Origin: Acholeplasmataceae bacterium
GTDB taxonomy: Bacteria; Bacillota_I; Bacilli_A; Acholeplasmatales; UBA5453
Length of the DNA stretch: 64,000 nt
Assembly (NCBI GenBank): GCA_012837645.1
Contig: DUQU01000040.1
Location: forward strand, 9,834-73,833
Direction: 5' to 3'
The notes below the pieces were generated by a model that saw nothing but the letters and a program-made list of their open reading frames with translations, was not told where the DNA came from and ran no database searches. This document shows, piece after piece, positions 1-9,495 of the stretch. The position numbers were made by a program, and so were the translations under genes. How positions within the stretch are numbered: position 1 is the first letter of the stretch; each line of letters opens with the position of its first letter.

Positions 1-146
1 ACCTCCATTAAAGCTTCAATAACATCTTGAGGGCCCAGCTTTTGTAAGTGTAACGACTTAAAAGAAGAATGAACTACAAGGGTCATTCCCGCTTTAATAC
101 CTGCATTTTTAAAACCTTCAATAAGAGCTTGATATTCTTTTATCAT
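1..146 (-). CDS. AAC(3)/Antibiotic_NAT-family N-acetyltransferase-like protein, N-terminal fragment (gene runs off the window start)
   Basis: Not in the ORF track because it is partial. The reverse strand from ATG 146-144 reads MIKEYQALIEGFKNAGIKAGMTLVVHSSFKSLHLQKLGPQDVIEALMEV. This resembles the N-terminus of aminoglycoside 3-N-acetyltransferase-family proteins (..VHSS..s.G). Its ATG overlaps the TGA of the upstream GntR gene (ATGA). Confidence 0.4.
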   Translation of the reverse strand, partial: MIKEYQALIEGFKNAGIKAGMTLVVHSSFKSLHLQKLGPQDVIEALME

Positions 147-850
147 TTAACCGCCATCTGAACAAACTTATATTGATCACTACGATAAAAACTTCTTACT
201 ATTTCAAATGGTCTTCCATTGCTTAAATAAGTATCCCTTTCAATGTATAAAATTGGTTCTGTTACATTGATGTTTAAAATATTTGCCAGCTCTTTAGATG
301 GCTTTTTAGCTTCAATGCTTTGTTTACAATGTGACACTTTCAACTTTAATTCTTTTTCTAAATATTTATAAAAAGAACCTTCTAAATCCTTTTTAGTGAT
401 ATTAGGGAAGATATTTTTAGGGATATGAAGTATTTCAAATAAAACTGGCACATTATTACCGTAACGAATTCTTTCAATATAGTAGATTAGATCTCCCTTT
501 TTTAAAAATAATTTTTCCGCGATAATTTGATTTGCTTTTATTTCTTTAAAAGTAATAACTTTGGAACTTACCTTTCTGTTAGTCGCTTCCATTTCTTCTG
601 TAAAAGAGCGAATCCCTTGGATTGATTTTTCTATTTTAGCATTGGAAACAAAAGTACCTTTACCTTGATGTCTAAACAGCAAACCTTCATTAACCAAATT
701 GTTTAAAGCCTGTCTTACCGTCATCCTAGAAACATTATACTTTTCCTTTAATTCGTTTTCACTAGGAATTAAATCTCCACTCTTAAAACTACCATTATTG
801 ATGGCAGCCTTAATATCATTTTCGATAATTAAATAAATTGGTGTTGTCAT
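143..850 (-). CDS. GntR/HutC-family transcriptional regulator (winged HTH + UTRA-like effector domain)
   Basis: N-terminus LIPSENELKEKYNVSRMTVRQALNNLVNEGLLFRHQGKGTFV is the canonical GntR HTH. The ~235 aa length and C-terminal half fit the HutC/UTRA subfamily. It is divergent from a ROK kinase gene. Confidence 0.8.
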   Translation of the reverse strand: MTTPIYLIIENDIKAAINNGSFKSGDLIPSENELKEKYNVSRMTVRQALNNLVNEGLLFRHQGKGTFVSNAKIEKSIQGIRSFTEEMEATNRKVSSKVITFKEIKANQIIAEKLFLKKGDLIYYIERIRYGNNVPVLFEILHIPKNIFPNITKKDLEGSFYKYLEKELKLKVSHCKQSIEAKKPSKELANILNINVTEPILYIERDTYLSNGRPFEIVRSFYRSDQYKFVQMAVK

Positions 851-910
851 TTTATCATCCTTTTTTATTGCCTTTTAATTATTTAGTATATAATGGTTAT
901 GGTGATCAAA

Positions 911-1771
911 ATGAACTATTTAGTATTTGATATCGGCGGCACATCAGTTAAATATGCTGTCATTGATAACTCTTTAAACTTTCTTTTAAAAAATAGTTTC
1001 CCTACCAATGCCCATTTAGGCGCTATCTCTATTTTAAAGGAAATAGCTAAAAAAGTAAAACAATTATCGAGCTATCAGCCAAAAGGGTTAGCATTAACAA
1101 GTGGTGGTGCAATTAATTCTCAAACTGGGTTAGTTTTAGGGGCCTCTGAAAACATTCCTAGTTACATCGGAATCAATGTCATTGATTTTTTTCAAAAAGA
1201 ATTTAATTTACCAACCACAATCTTAAACGATGTTAACGCTGTTGGATTAGCAGAAAGTAAGTTGGGAGCAGGAAAAAATTTTAACAATCTTTTAATTTTA
1301 GCATTAGGAACAGGGATTGGAGGAGCTTTAATTATTAATAATAAGCTTTATGAAGGCAATTATTTCGGAGCTGCTGAGTTTGGAAAAATGATAATTGAAG
1401 GGAATGATTGGGAAGCTACTACTTCCACTAAAGCTTTAGTAAGCATTATTAAAACACAAAGAAAGGTTAATAATGGTCTTGATGTTTTTAAACTTTACGA
1501 TGAAAAAGATCCCTTTGTAAAAGCTGAAGTTGACAAGTTTTATTATCGTTTGGCCTTAGGAATTATTAATCTCACTTATTCTTTTGGACCTGATATCGTA
1601 ATTATTGGTGGCGCTATTTCCAATCGTAAAACATTTTTAAAGGAGCTTAAGGAAATCTTAATACCCCTCTTACCACCGTTTTATCAAAACAATTTTAAAA
1701 TTGACATCGCCCAATATAAAAATGATGCAGGAATGCTAGGAGCACTCATACATCATCTTAATAATAAATAA
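911..1771 (+). CDS. ROK-family sugar kinase
   Basis: MNYLVFDIGGTSVKYAV (ATP-binding DxGGT) and LALGTGIGGALI motifs. The ORF track starts at 893, but that ATG lies inside a TATAAT box (889-894). ATG 911 is preceded by GGTGA (901-905), so 911 is preferred. Confidence 0.75.
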   Translation: MNYLVFDIGGTSVKYAVIDNSLNFLLKNSFPTNAHLGAISILKEIAKKVKQLSSYQPKGLALTSGGAINSQTGLVLGASENIPSYIGINVIDFFQKEFNLPTTILNDVNAVGLAESKLGAGKNFNNLLILALGTGIGGALIINNKLYEGNYFGAAEFGKMIIEGNDWEATTSTKALVSIIKTQRKVNNGLDVFKLYDEKDPFVKAEVDKFYYRLALGIINLTYSFGPDIVIIGGAISNRKTFLKELKEILIPLLPPFYQNNFKIDIAQYKNDAGMLGALIHHLNNK

Positions 1772-1826
1772 TTATAATTTTTAAATACTTTAAGCTATCT
1801 TACCAATGAAAGATAGTTTTTTGTTT

Positions 1827-2351
1827 TTAAGGAGTTGTTTTTTCGGCATCATTTTCAAAATAAGGTTGTTTAATTAAAAACTTATAAAGTGGATCATATA
1901 AAATCAGTACGCTAAAAGCCCCACTAAGAGCCATCAACGCTTCAAAAGGTAAGTCACTAACAAGATAAGCATAAACATTAATCTCAAATTGCAAAACAGC
2001 CCCAACCATCATAATCCAACCATAAACAAAACCAAATACAAAGGCAAAGCCAATCAAAAAGTATTTAGACTTAACTTTTTTGAAAATAGTTATCACGAGC
2101 GGAATTAAACTCCACGCAACCAACATCGGAAGCGCTACATAAGGGTTTATAGTTCCCATATATAAGTTGTCTAATAAAGTATGGATAATGACTATAACAA
2201 GCGTTTTTTTAAATCCTAATAATTTCGTATACAAAATAAACAGCAAAACAGTAAGCTGGATATTAGGTAAAATAGTAAGGGCTTGTTCCAAGACGAAGAC
2301 AATACTACTAAACATCGCTATTATTACTATGTCCATAATTTTATTATTCAT
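1827..2351 (-). CDS. Small polytopic membrane protein, ECF-transporter S-component-like (candidate cobalamin/corrinoid S component)
   Basis: 174 aa with about 5-6 hydrophobic helices. It lies 4 nt downstream of the DUF4430-like lipoprotein gene and behind the cobalamin riboswitch. Substrate assignment is inference from context. Confidence 0.5.
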   Translation of the reverse strand: MNNKIMDIVIIAMFSSIVFVLEQALTILPNIQLTVLLFILYTKLLGFKKTLVIVIIHTLLDNLYMGTINPYVALPMLVAWSLIPLVITIFKKVKSKYFLIGFAFVFGFVYGWIMMVGAVLQFEINVYAYLVSDLPFEALMALSGAFSVLILYDPLYKFLIKQPYFENDAEKTTP

Positions 2352-2355
2352 TTTA

Positions 2356-2748
2356 TCACTCTATTTTCGTTAATTTAAAAGTTAAAACATCATCCTCGCT
2401 CACAAAGTATCCAGCGATTCCAACCACAGCTGATTCGCCATTAATAATGAACTCAATAAAAAAACCTTCATCATCACTAATAACGTGATTACCAATTTTT
2501 ATTTCATTTAAAAAAGGGCCATAAGCTGATTGTGTAATTTTAATCTCATAAAACATATCTAATAGTTCATATGCACTTGAAGATTCTTCAATTTCATGAA
2601 CTTTTGATGAAATGTCACTATCACCATCATTTAAAATTACTGTCACTTCAATTAAATCACCTTTTTCTGGTATTGGCTCACAACCAGCAATTAAAAATAA
2701 GCTAAAAAACAACACTATCACTGCTAATAATCTTTTCATTTTTTTCAC
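2356..2748 (-). CDS. Lipoprotein, DUF4430-like (transcobalamin/intrinsic-factor beta-domain-like) candidate B12-binding protein
   Basis: Signal peptide plus lipobox (LFLIAGC). The C-terminal pattern ...AYELLDMF...YGPFLNEIKIG...FIEFIINGESAVVGIAGYFVSEDDVLTFKL matches my recollection of the DUF4430 pattern (G.fi..I.g...W.y.vNG....gas.y.l.dGD.i.f). It is the first gene after a cobalamin riboswitch. Confidence 0.6.
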   Translation of the reverse strand: MKKMKRLLAVIVLFFSLFLIAGCEPIPEKGDLIEVTVILNDGDSDISSKVHEIEESSSAYELLDMFYEIKITQSAYGPFLNEIKIGNHVISDDEGFFIEFIINGESAVVGIAGYFVSEDDVLTFKLTKIE

Positions 2749-2764
2749 CTCCAGTCTAAAAATA

Positions 2765-2985
2765 AAAATTTTCTACCTGGAAGGATAGAAAACAATCTTA
2801 TTATGAAAGTTTCGTTAAGCACACCCAGGCAAAACTTAAATTATCATTAGGTAGGTCTCCCGGCTTCGGTTTCTTCCCTGTTTATTCCTTCTCAAGTTTC
2901 CTCAATGGTTATTATAAACGGTCCACCTTCACGGTTGCTGGGGCAGCGCAAGCTTTTACTTGCTTCCCTTGTTAAACCTAATAAT
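2765..2985 (-). promoter_or_regulatory. Cobalamin (B12) riboswitch with intrinsic-terminator expression platform
   Basis: Minus strand reads UUAGGU..AAGGGAAGCAAGUAAAAGCUUGCGCUGCCCCAGCAACCGUGAAGGUGG...CCAUUGAGGAAACUUGAGAAGG...GAAGCCGGGAGACCUACCUAA. This contains the conserved AGGGAA, GCUGCCCC.GCAAC.GU core and the B12-box (AAGCCGGGAGACCUACC, + coordinates 2850-2866). P1 pairs UUAGGU (2976-2981) with ACCUAA (2847-2852). A downstream hairpin (2770-2791) followed by a U-run looks like a terminator. Confidence 0.8.
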
Positions 2986-3034
2986 TATTTAGTTACTTTA
3001 TTTTATCATTTTTTACTAGCGATAACAATCACTT

Positions 3035-3490
3035 TTATAAGTTATTTTTATCGCTACTTCCAAATCCGCCTACTCTATTATTATTAAGTGGCTTATCATC
3101 GCTTGTTTTTAAATATTTGACAAAAATACCTTGGCAAATTTTCTCACCTTTTAAGACTTTAACAGTTTTATTTTTAAAGTTATATAAAGGAAAGATAATG
3201 TGGCCTTCGTTATTATCATTATTAAAGTAATCGCTGTCGATAACACCGACACTATTAGAAAGCATTAAACCCTTTTTAAGACCTAAACTGCTTCTCGCAA
3301 AAATAAGTAAAGTCTCGTCTTCATTCATTTCCACCTTAATTCCAGTCTCCACAAACTTAATTTCCCCTGGCTCAATAATAACCTCTTCTAAAGCACTAAA
3401 ATCATACCCTGAAGAATGATTAGTCGCTCTTGTTGGAAGGGTAGGATTTAACTTCCGATATTTTTCAATTAAATAAAATTTTCTCATCAA
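3035..3490 (-). CDS. dut: dUTP diphosphatase (trimeric dUTPase)
   Basis: ~150 aa with motifs SSGYDF, RSSLGLK, GVIDSDY and a C-terminal GGFGSS typical of trimeric dUTPases. Confidence 0.85.
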   Translation of the reverse strand: MMRKFYLIEKYRKLNPTLPTRATNHSSGYDFSALEEVIIEPGEIKFVETGIKVEMNEDETLLIFARSSLGLKKGLMLSNSVGVIDSDYFNNDNNEGHIIFPLYNFKNKTVKVLKGEKICQGIFVKYLKTSDDKPLNNNRVGGFGSSDKNNL

Positions 3491-4028
3491 TATACTCCTT
3501 TAAATATTTTAAAATAACTATTTCTCTTTTTAGTATTAGTGTTGGTTCTAATAAGTCGGAACCTTCTTTAAGTCTTTTAGCGATAATTAACTCGTTTTGC
3601 TTGATTGCTTCAATGGGAGTTACCCATTTCGATTCCATCCCAAAATCGAGTTCATACTTTTCCTTATTTGGGGTTAAATATTTTTCTACTTCAACCAAAT
3701 AATAATAGTGTTTGGAAATTCTTTCTTGATTATTACAATTGTTGATAGTTTCTAAATAACCGAAAGCTTGATATTTTTTTATAAGCGCTCCGAGTTCTTC
3801 CTTTAACTCTCTTTTTAAAGCCTCAATTAAAGACTCGCCTTCTTCAACTCCTCCTCCAGGTGTTAAGTAGTCCTGATAGCGCCTAGAAAAGGTTAAATGA
3901 ATTTTATTATCTTTAATAATGAGCGCCCTTACCGTATCTCTACTAGGGGGGCACTTTCCTTTAGTAGTGCTATCTCCCATTATTTTAGCTATCTTTTTCA
4001 TCTTTAGCCCTTGGGTGATATTTATCAT
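3465..4028 (-). CDS. NUDIX hydrolase
   Basis: Nudix box GGGVEEGESLIEALKRELKEELG. The true start is uncertain (Met at 4001 or 3980 possible). The ORF overlaps the 3' end of the upstream recombinase gene. Confidence 0.75.
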   Translation of the reverse strand: MINITQGLKMKKIAKIMGDSTTKGKCPPSRDTVRALIIKDNKIHLTFSRRYQDYLTPGGGVEEGESLIEALKRELKEELGALIKKYQAFGYLETINNCNNQERISKHYYYLVEVEKYLTPNKEKYELDFGMESKWVTPIEAIKQNELIIAKRLKEGSDLLEPTLILKREIVILKYLKEYIDEKILFN

Positions 4029-4899
4029 ATTCTTGTCTTAATTTTTCCGTTGTTAAATGAGTGTATATTTGAGTGGTTTTTAAATGACTATGGCCTAATA
4101 GTTCTTGAACAACTCTTAAATCAGCACCATTGTTAAGAAGTGCAGTCGCGAAGGAATGTCTTAACATATGGGGACTTAAATGGATATATTCGCCTGCTTC
4201 TTTGATAAGTTTATTTAAGATTACTCTTAGTCCTCTGGTTGTGAGCGGGGTGCCTTTATAGTTAATAATTAATAAATCGGTTTTAAGATCACTTTTAGTT
4301 AATAAATAAGGCCTTGTAAAAGTTAGATAATAACTAATTTCAGCAATCAATTTATCATGTAAAATAGCGATTCTTTCTTTTGAACCTTTACCTAAAATAA
4401 TTATTTGCCTTCTCGCTAAATCGATATTAGTAATTTTTAAATCGCATAATTCACTCGCCCTCAAGCCTAAAGAGTATAAAAGATCAAAAATGAGATAATT
4501 TCTTTGCCCTAAAGGGGTGCTTTTATCAATCGATTGATAAATTGCCGTAATTTCTTTTTCATCGATAATATTTGGTAACCTTTCTGCTTTTTTAGGTGGT
4601 TGTAAAAGCTCAACTGGACTCTTATCAAGGTAATTTTCTTTTACTAAAAATCTATAAAATGATTTTAATGAAGAAAGTTTTCTTCTAATGGTAGCGCCTT
4701 TAAATTCACTTAAAGAATTTAAGTAATAACCAAATACTCTTTCTCTTTCAATTAAGAGGGTTTCACTGAATTGTTCTCGTCTTAAAAACTCTTTAAAATG
4801 ATCAAGATCACTTAAATAGCTTTTGACTGTTAAATCAGCATAGTTTTTTTGATATTTTAAATAATCTTTAAATTTTTCAATTAAAATCTTATCTTCCAT
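3985..4899 (-). CDS. Tyrosine recombinase XerC/XerD family
   Basis: N-terminal SAM-like domain (LTVKSYLSDLDHFKEFL). C-terminal catalytic residues are in GLRASEL ... HMLRHSFATALL ... LLGHSHLKTTQIYTH. No flanking phage or IS genes, so a chromosomal dimer-resolution recombinase is likely. Confidence 0.8.
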   Translation of the reverse strand: MEDKILIEKFKDYLKYQKNYADLTVKSYLSDLDHFKEFLRREQFSETLLIERERVFGYYLNSLSEFKGATIRRKLSSLKSFYRFLVKENYLDKSPVELLQPPKKAERLPNIIDEKEITAIYQSIDKSTPLGQRNYLIFDLLYSLGLRASELCDLKITNIDLARRQIIILGKGSKERIAILHDKLIAEISYYLTFTRPYLLTKSDLKTDLLIINYKGTPLTTRGLRVILNKLIKEAGEYIHLSPHMLRHSFATALLNNGADLRVVQELLGHSHLKTTQIYTHLTTEKLRQEYDKYHPRAKDEKDS

Positions 4900-5053
4900 C
4901 TTTACCTCTTCTTTTATAGTTTATCATATCAGCTTAAAAGATAAATCGAAACAGTTCATTATTGCCAAGAGAATTCGCCTTGATGTTTTTTAGCTAATGC
5001 GATAAAACAATCAATAGTTTTCGATTATAGTTATTAGAAAGGATTACTTAATT

Positions 5054-5817
5054 ATGCGTTTTACAATGTGGTCTTGGTTTCATATTATTTATCTTATTTC
5101 TCCATTTATTTTCTTTTTAATATTATTTTTACTCACAAAAAATAAGTCTACCAAACAAAAACGACTTATTGGTATTGTATTATCAATTGTCGCTGTAGTC
5201 TTACTTTTTTTAAGAAATTTAGAAATCTATCTTGAAAATGGTCTTGACGCTGAAATAATACCGCTACAAATTTGCCATTTTGCTAATTTTATTATGCTCT
5301 TCGCTTTTATTTTTAATAATAAAACATATTTGCTTTATCCTTTTGCCTCAACTTACCCGCCGCCTTCACTTCGATTGTTTTCGCTAACAGTTTAGAAAAC
5401 TATAACACGCTTTTAACTTTTAGAGGAATGGCTTATCTTTGGGGTCATTTGTTAATTGTCAGTATCGTGTTGTGGAGTTATTTTATTGGCTTTGTTAAAA
5501 TCGACAAAAAAACCTTTTTAAAAACAGTTATAACGATGGCGGTTTTATATCTTTCTGCTCATCTTATTAATAATTTATTAATGTTAACTGGTTTAACTCC
5601 TAATTATTTTTACACCATTATCCCTGAAGATGGTACTCCTTTAGAATGGTTTTATAATTTAGGTCAAGATTATCATCTCAGTAGTTTCGTTATTAACCCT
5701 ATTTACCTACTAATATCGATGTTTTTTGGTTTAGTGGTTGTAATTATATTTTACTTTATTTATAAAGTTTTATTACCTTTAACCGCCCTTAAGAATGAGA
5801 AAAAGCTACTTAGTTAA
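5054..5817 (+). pseudogene. Integral membrane protein (YwaF/TIGR02206-like, tentative) interrupted by a -1 frameshift in an A-run
   Basis: ORFs 5054..5395 and 5428..5817 are the same-strand halves of one hydrophobic protein. The second frame is open from 5323 (after TAA TAA TAA). Adding one A to the A4 run at 5321-5324 gives a continuous ...FIFNNKNIFALSFCLNLPAAFTSIVFANSLENYNTLLTFRGMAYLWGHLL... Confidence 0.7.
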
Positions 5818-6303
5818 AACGATATCTTTATAAACTCTTTCATAAATAAAATAAGTTAAATAAGCGATGATAAAACTAAAAGGAATAATTAATCCTAATC
5901 TTAAATAAAAACTAGCCATCGCGAAATTTTTAGAGTAATGAATCCACATTGCCATTGTATTAAATAAAAAAGCAGTAAAATAAGTGATAATAATAATCAA
6001 GTACCAACGGTATCCTTTCGGTTCCTTTGTTAAGAGTGCTGGCAGTAAGCTCCAGGCGATACTGGAAAATACAAAAAGCGGTTTATAGCCATAAGGAGAC
6101 ATTAATCCCATCGCTGTATCCGCTACTATCCCAACTACCAAACCATATGTTCTCCCTATCATAAACCCGGCAATAATTAAAGGAATACTGTAAAAAGGAA
6201 CGTTAAAATTATCAGGCATTATCGGATCGAAAACCATCCTAATAACGACACTTAAGGCAGCTAAAACAGCTCCAATAGTGATTTTTGTAATTTGTTTATT
6301 CAT
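5806..6303 (-). CDS. folT: Folate-family ECF transporter S component
   Basis: Polytopic ~165 aa protein starting MNKQITKITIGAVLAALSVV, with a GAGGAGG RBS 7 nt upstream of ATG 6303. It is directly preceded by a THF riboswitch. The ORF-track start (6360) lies inside the riboswitch and is rejected. Confidence 0.75.
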   Translation of the reverse strand: MNKQITKITIGAVLAALSVVIRMVFDPIMPDNFNVPFYSIPLIIAGFMIGRTYGLVVGIVADTAMGLMSPYGYKPLFVFSSIAWSLLPALLTKEPKGYRWYLIIIITYFTAFLFNTMAMWIHYSKNFAMASFYLRLGLIIPFSFIIAYLTYFIYERVYKDIVLTK

Positions 6304-6344
6304 AAAAAAAGACCTCCTCGTTTTCAGAGATCCACTATAATAAA

Positions 6345-6440
6345 AATACAGCGGACGCAAACAAAAGCCGCTACTTATGTATTCGTCTAACCCCTACATC
6401 CCATGAGTTAGCACTTGACGCTTTCGTCTTACTCTGCGTT
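6345..6440 (-). promoter_or_regulatory. THF (tetrahydrofolate) riboswitch
   Basis: Minus strand reads GCAGAGUAAGACGAAAGCGUCAAGUGCUAACUCAUGGGAUGUAGGGGUUAGACGAAUACAUAAGUAGCGGCUUUUGUUUGCGUCCGCUGU. It aligns nearly block for block with the crystallised E. siraeum THF aptamer as I recall it (GAGUAG..GCGUUAAGUG..AUGGGAUGU..ACGAA..GCGG..GCAUCCGCUC). The CUAAC/GUUAG helix is preserved. Confidence 0.85.
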
Positions 6441-6468
6441 TTTACTATATCACATTCACTAGAAGATG

Positions 6469-7275
6469 TCATTTAAAATAATAATTCATCTTTAAATCAT
6501 AAACAATATTTAATTCTAAGCGGTGCGCTATTTGATAAGCTTTTTCAACCGCCCAATCATGAAGATAATTAACTTTATGGGTATCAGAACCTATAATTAC
6601 TGGCGCTCCTTCTTCTTTAACCATTTTTAAAAATTCAATCCGAGGATAGCGATAATAGCGTTCATCTAAAGAGTTATACTCCTTAAAAGCTTTTCTTATA
6701 CCATTAGCATTTAATTCAATCGGAATATTTAACTCTTTAGCAAGCTTGATTACCGGTCTTAAAAGTTCATACATTTCTTTACTGGGATTTAAAATATTAT
6801 TAAAACAGATTTCAGGGTGGCATAACATATTAAAATAACCAGTTTTTAAAGCATCCATAACTAAATTTCGATAAAGTTCTACTTGCTCGTATCTTTCTAA
6901 TCTAAAGGTGCTTTTAAACTTGTTGTTTTCTATAATATAATGTTGGCCTAAAATTAAATAATCTAAATCTCTTAAATAACTTTCATAAATATCGACTTCA
7001 GTAAAATACTCAATTTCTAAACCTTTATAAAAAGCAATATTATGCTTTTTTGCAAAACTTTCCCCTTCTTCTAATAAAGATAAATAAAGCGGAAATTCGC
7101 TCATATCCATCCTGACAGAATTAGCGGATTTTAAATAGGGCATTGGTGCGTGTTCACTAATTCCTAGCGCTTGATAACCCTGTTTAAATGCTTCTTTTAA
7201 ATAATCTAAAGGAATTCCCTCAGCATGACGGCATAAATAAGTATGAGAATGAAAACTTTTTTTATGTTTTATCAT
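6469..7275 (-). CDS. PHP-domain phosphoesterase (histidinol-phosphatase HisJ family)
   Basis: N-terminal [12 protein letters not shown] metal-binding motif, GISEH, and later HPE.. and GSDTH motifs typical of PHP/HisJ phosphatases. Overlaps the kbl stop by 4 nt. Confidence 0.7.
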   Translation of the reverse strand: MIKHKKSFHSHTYLCRHAEGIPLDYLKEAFKQGYQALGISEHAPMPYLKSANSVRMDMSEFPLYLSLLEEGESFAKKHNIAFYKGLEIEYFTEVDIYESYLRDLDYLILGQHYIIENNKFKSTFRLERYEQVELYRNLVMDALKTGYFNMLCHPEICFNNILNPSKEMYELLRPVIKLAKELNIPIELNANGIRKAFKEYNSLDERYYRYPRIEFLKMVKEEGAPVIIGSDTHKVNYLHDWAVEKAYQIAHRLELNIVYDLKMNYYFK

Positions 7276-8441
7276 ACTATTTTCAAATTTTTAGCCGTCT
7301 CGTAAATGATTTCAACCGCGTCTTCTAAATGCTTTTTTTGATGCATACTAGAAGGCATTAATCTTAACCTTGCAGTTCCTTTAGGAACGGTGGGAAAGAC
7401 TATTGGAGAGACAAATACTCCATTATCTAATAACGCTTTTGAAAGTTCAATTGTTTTTTCTTCATCTTTGATTATCAAAGGTGTAATTGGCGTTTCACTA
7501 TTACCAATATCAAACCCTTTCTGGGCTAATAAAGCTTTTAAGTAATTAGCATTGTCCCAAAGTTTTTTTGTTCTAGTTTCATCTTTTTCTAAAATATTAA
7601 GTGCTTCAATAATCGCTGCTGCAGCAGCAGGAACGATGGTTGTTGAAAAAAGTTGGGGTCGTCCTCTATTTAGTAAGTACTCTCTTATTTCTTTTTTACC
7701 ACTTACATAACCACCAACAACGCCAATCGCCTTTGATAAAGTTCCAATAATAAAGTCAACTTCACCATGCAAATTAAAATGATCAACGGTACCCCTACCA
7801 TGGCTTCCTAAGACGCCACTCCCATGGGCATCATCGACATATGTCAAACAATGATATTTCTTCGCTAACTTAACTATTTCTGGTAACTTGGCAATATCGC
7901 CATCCATCGAAAAAACGCCATCGGTAATAATTAAACAAGTATTAAAGTTTTCTCTTTCAGTTTTTAAGATTGTTTCTAAAGCTGTCATGTCGCTATGTTT
8001 AAAAATTCTTTTTTCCGCTCTTGATAATCTTACGCCATCAATAATCGATGCATGGTTGAGTTCATCAGAAATAATTAAATCGCCTCTTTCGGTAACTGCT
8101 TGGATAACTCCAATGTTGCACATATAACCGCTTTGAAAAACTAGCGCTGCTTCTTCCTTTTTAAAATTAGCAAGTCTTTGATCTAATTCCTCGTGAATAT
8201 CCATGTTTCCGACAATAGTTCTCACGGCCCCGGCTCCAACTCCATATTTATCAATTGCTTTATGAGCAGCTTTTTTTAAATTTTCATCATTAGCTAGTCC
8301 TAAATAATTATTTGATGATAAATTGATTACCTTTTTCCCATCTAAAGTGATAATAGCCTCAATTGGTCCATCACTTATTGGGGGTAATTTAAAAATTTTA
8401 TTGTCCTTTAATTCCATCAATTTTTTACTAATTGAATCCAT
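7272..8441 (-). CDS. kbl: 2-amino-3-ketobutyrate CoA ligase (glycine C-acetyltransferase)
   Basis: Alpha-oxoamine synthase family ([13 protein letters not shown]-lysine motif GTLSKAIG). Immediately downstream of threonine dehydrogenase, the classic tdh-kbl pairing. Confidence 0.8.
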   Translation of the reverse strand: MDSISKKLMELKDNKIFKLPPISDGPIEAIITLDGKKVINLSSNNYLGLANDENLKKAAHKAIDKYGVGAGAVRTIVGNMDIHEELDQRLANFKKEEAALVFQSGYMCNIGVIQAVTERGDLIISDELNHASIIDGVRLSRAEKRIFKHSDMTALETILKTERENFNTCLIITDGVFSMDGDIAKLPEIVKLAKKYHCLTYVDDAHGSGVLGSHGRGTVDHFNLHGEVDFIIGTLSKAIGVVGGYVSGKKEIREYLLNRGRPQLFSTTIVPAAAAAIIEALNILEKDETRTKKLWDNANYLKALLAQKGFDIGNSETPITPLIIKDEEKTIELSKALLDNGVFVSPIVFPTVPKGTARLRLMPSSMHQKKHLEDAVEIIYETAKNLKIV

Positions 8442-8445
8442 TTTT

Positions 8446-9480
8446 TTACTCCTCCTTTAAAGTTAAAACCACTTTACCACAGTCTTTATTTTTCATAATT
8501 TCAAAAGCTTTATCCATTTCACTAAATTTTAAATAGTGTGTTACTATTTTTTCTAAATGAAGTTTCTTAGTTTCTAAAAACGTTGATATTTCTTGCCAGT
8601 TTTGATACATCTTTCTCCCTGTTACTCCATAAAGTGTAATTCCTTTAAAAACAACTTTATTTAAATCAATTAAAGCATCTTTAGAAAAGACTCCTAAAAT
8701 AGCCATTTTCCCACCTGGTTTAAGATACTCTAACGCTTGATTAAAAGCATGATCGTTACCAGAAAACTCTAAAACGACTTCGGCACCACCATTTGTTTCT
8801 TCTAAAACTCTTTTAACAACGTCTTCATTAAGAGCGTCAATTACAACATCAGCTCCTAGTTCTTTCGCTAGTTTAATGCGGGTTTGATTAGTTTCAATGG
8901 CAATTATCTTTTTAGCACCACTAGCCTTTAAAAGATCAACACTCATCAAACCAATCGGACCACACCCTAACACTACCACTTCTTTCATCGCAACATCAAA
9001 GTGAAAAGTAGTATGAACAGCGTTACCAAGTGGTTCTAGAACAGAAAGCAAGCGATGATCTAATCCTGACTTATCGACATATAAATTAGCTTCTGGCATC
9101 TTGATATATTCAGCAAAAGCGCCATCAATATCGACACCGATAACTTTAGTGTTTTCGCAAATATGAGCTTCTCCTCTCCGACAAAACTCACAAACTCCAC
9201 AAACAACATGAGTCTCACTAGCGACGATATCACCAATTTTAACTCTCGAGACATTTTTCCCTACCGAAACAACTTCTCCAGAAAACTCATGTCCAATGGT
9301 AAGTGGTGGTTTAATGCGGTTTTTAGCCCAATTATCCCAATTGTAAATATGAACATCTGTCCCGCATAAAGAAACCGATAAGACTTTTATTAAAACCTCA
9401 TTATCAGCGATATTTTTAGGAATCGCTTTTTCCACCAATTCAAAACCAGGTTTAGGTGCCGCTTTAATATATGCTTTCAT
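8446..9480 (-). CDS. tdh: L-threonine 3-dehydrogenase (Zn-dependent MDR family)
   Basis: Catalytic zinc motif GHEFSGEVV, structural zinc cluster [15 protein letters not shown] and NAD fold VLGCGPIGL. Paired with kbl. Confidence 0.8.
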   Translation of the reverse strand: MKAYIKAAPKPGFELVEKAIPKNIADNEVLIKVLSVSLCGTDVHIYNWDNWAKNRIKPPLTIGHEFSGEVVSVGKNVSRVKIGDIVASETHVVCGVCEFCRRGEAHICENTKVIGVDIDGAFAEYIKMPEANLYVDKSGLDHRLLSVLEPLGNAVHTTFHFDVAMKEVVVLGCGPIGLMSVDLLKASGAKKIIAIETNQTRIKLAKELGADVVIDALNEDVVKRVLEETNGGAEVVLEFSGNDHAFNQALEYLKPGGKMAILGVFSKDALIDLNKVVFKGITLYGVTGRKMYQNWQEISTFLETKKLHLEKIVTHYLKFSEMDKAFEIMKNKDCGKVVLTLKEE

Positions 9481-9495
9481 TAATATTTATCTCCT

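Noticed and set aside
2905-3087. 60-aa plus-strand ORF between the lipoprotein gene and dut.
   Set aside because: It overlaps the minus-strand cobalamin riboswitch aptamer and the 3' end of dut. The riboswitch explains the conservation-like G+C content.
6304-6360. N-terminal extension of the folT ORF (MRPLYFYYSGSLKTRRSFF).
   Set aside because: This stretch is the 3' part of the THF riboswitch and its expression platform. A strong GAGGAGG RBS serves ATG 6303.
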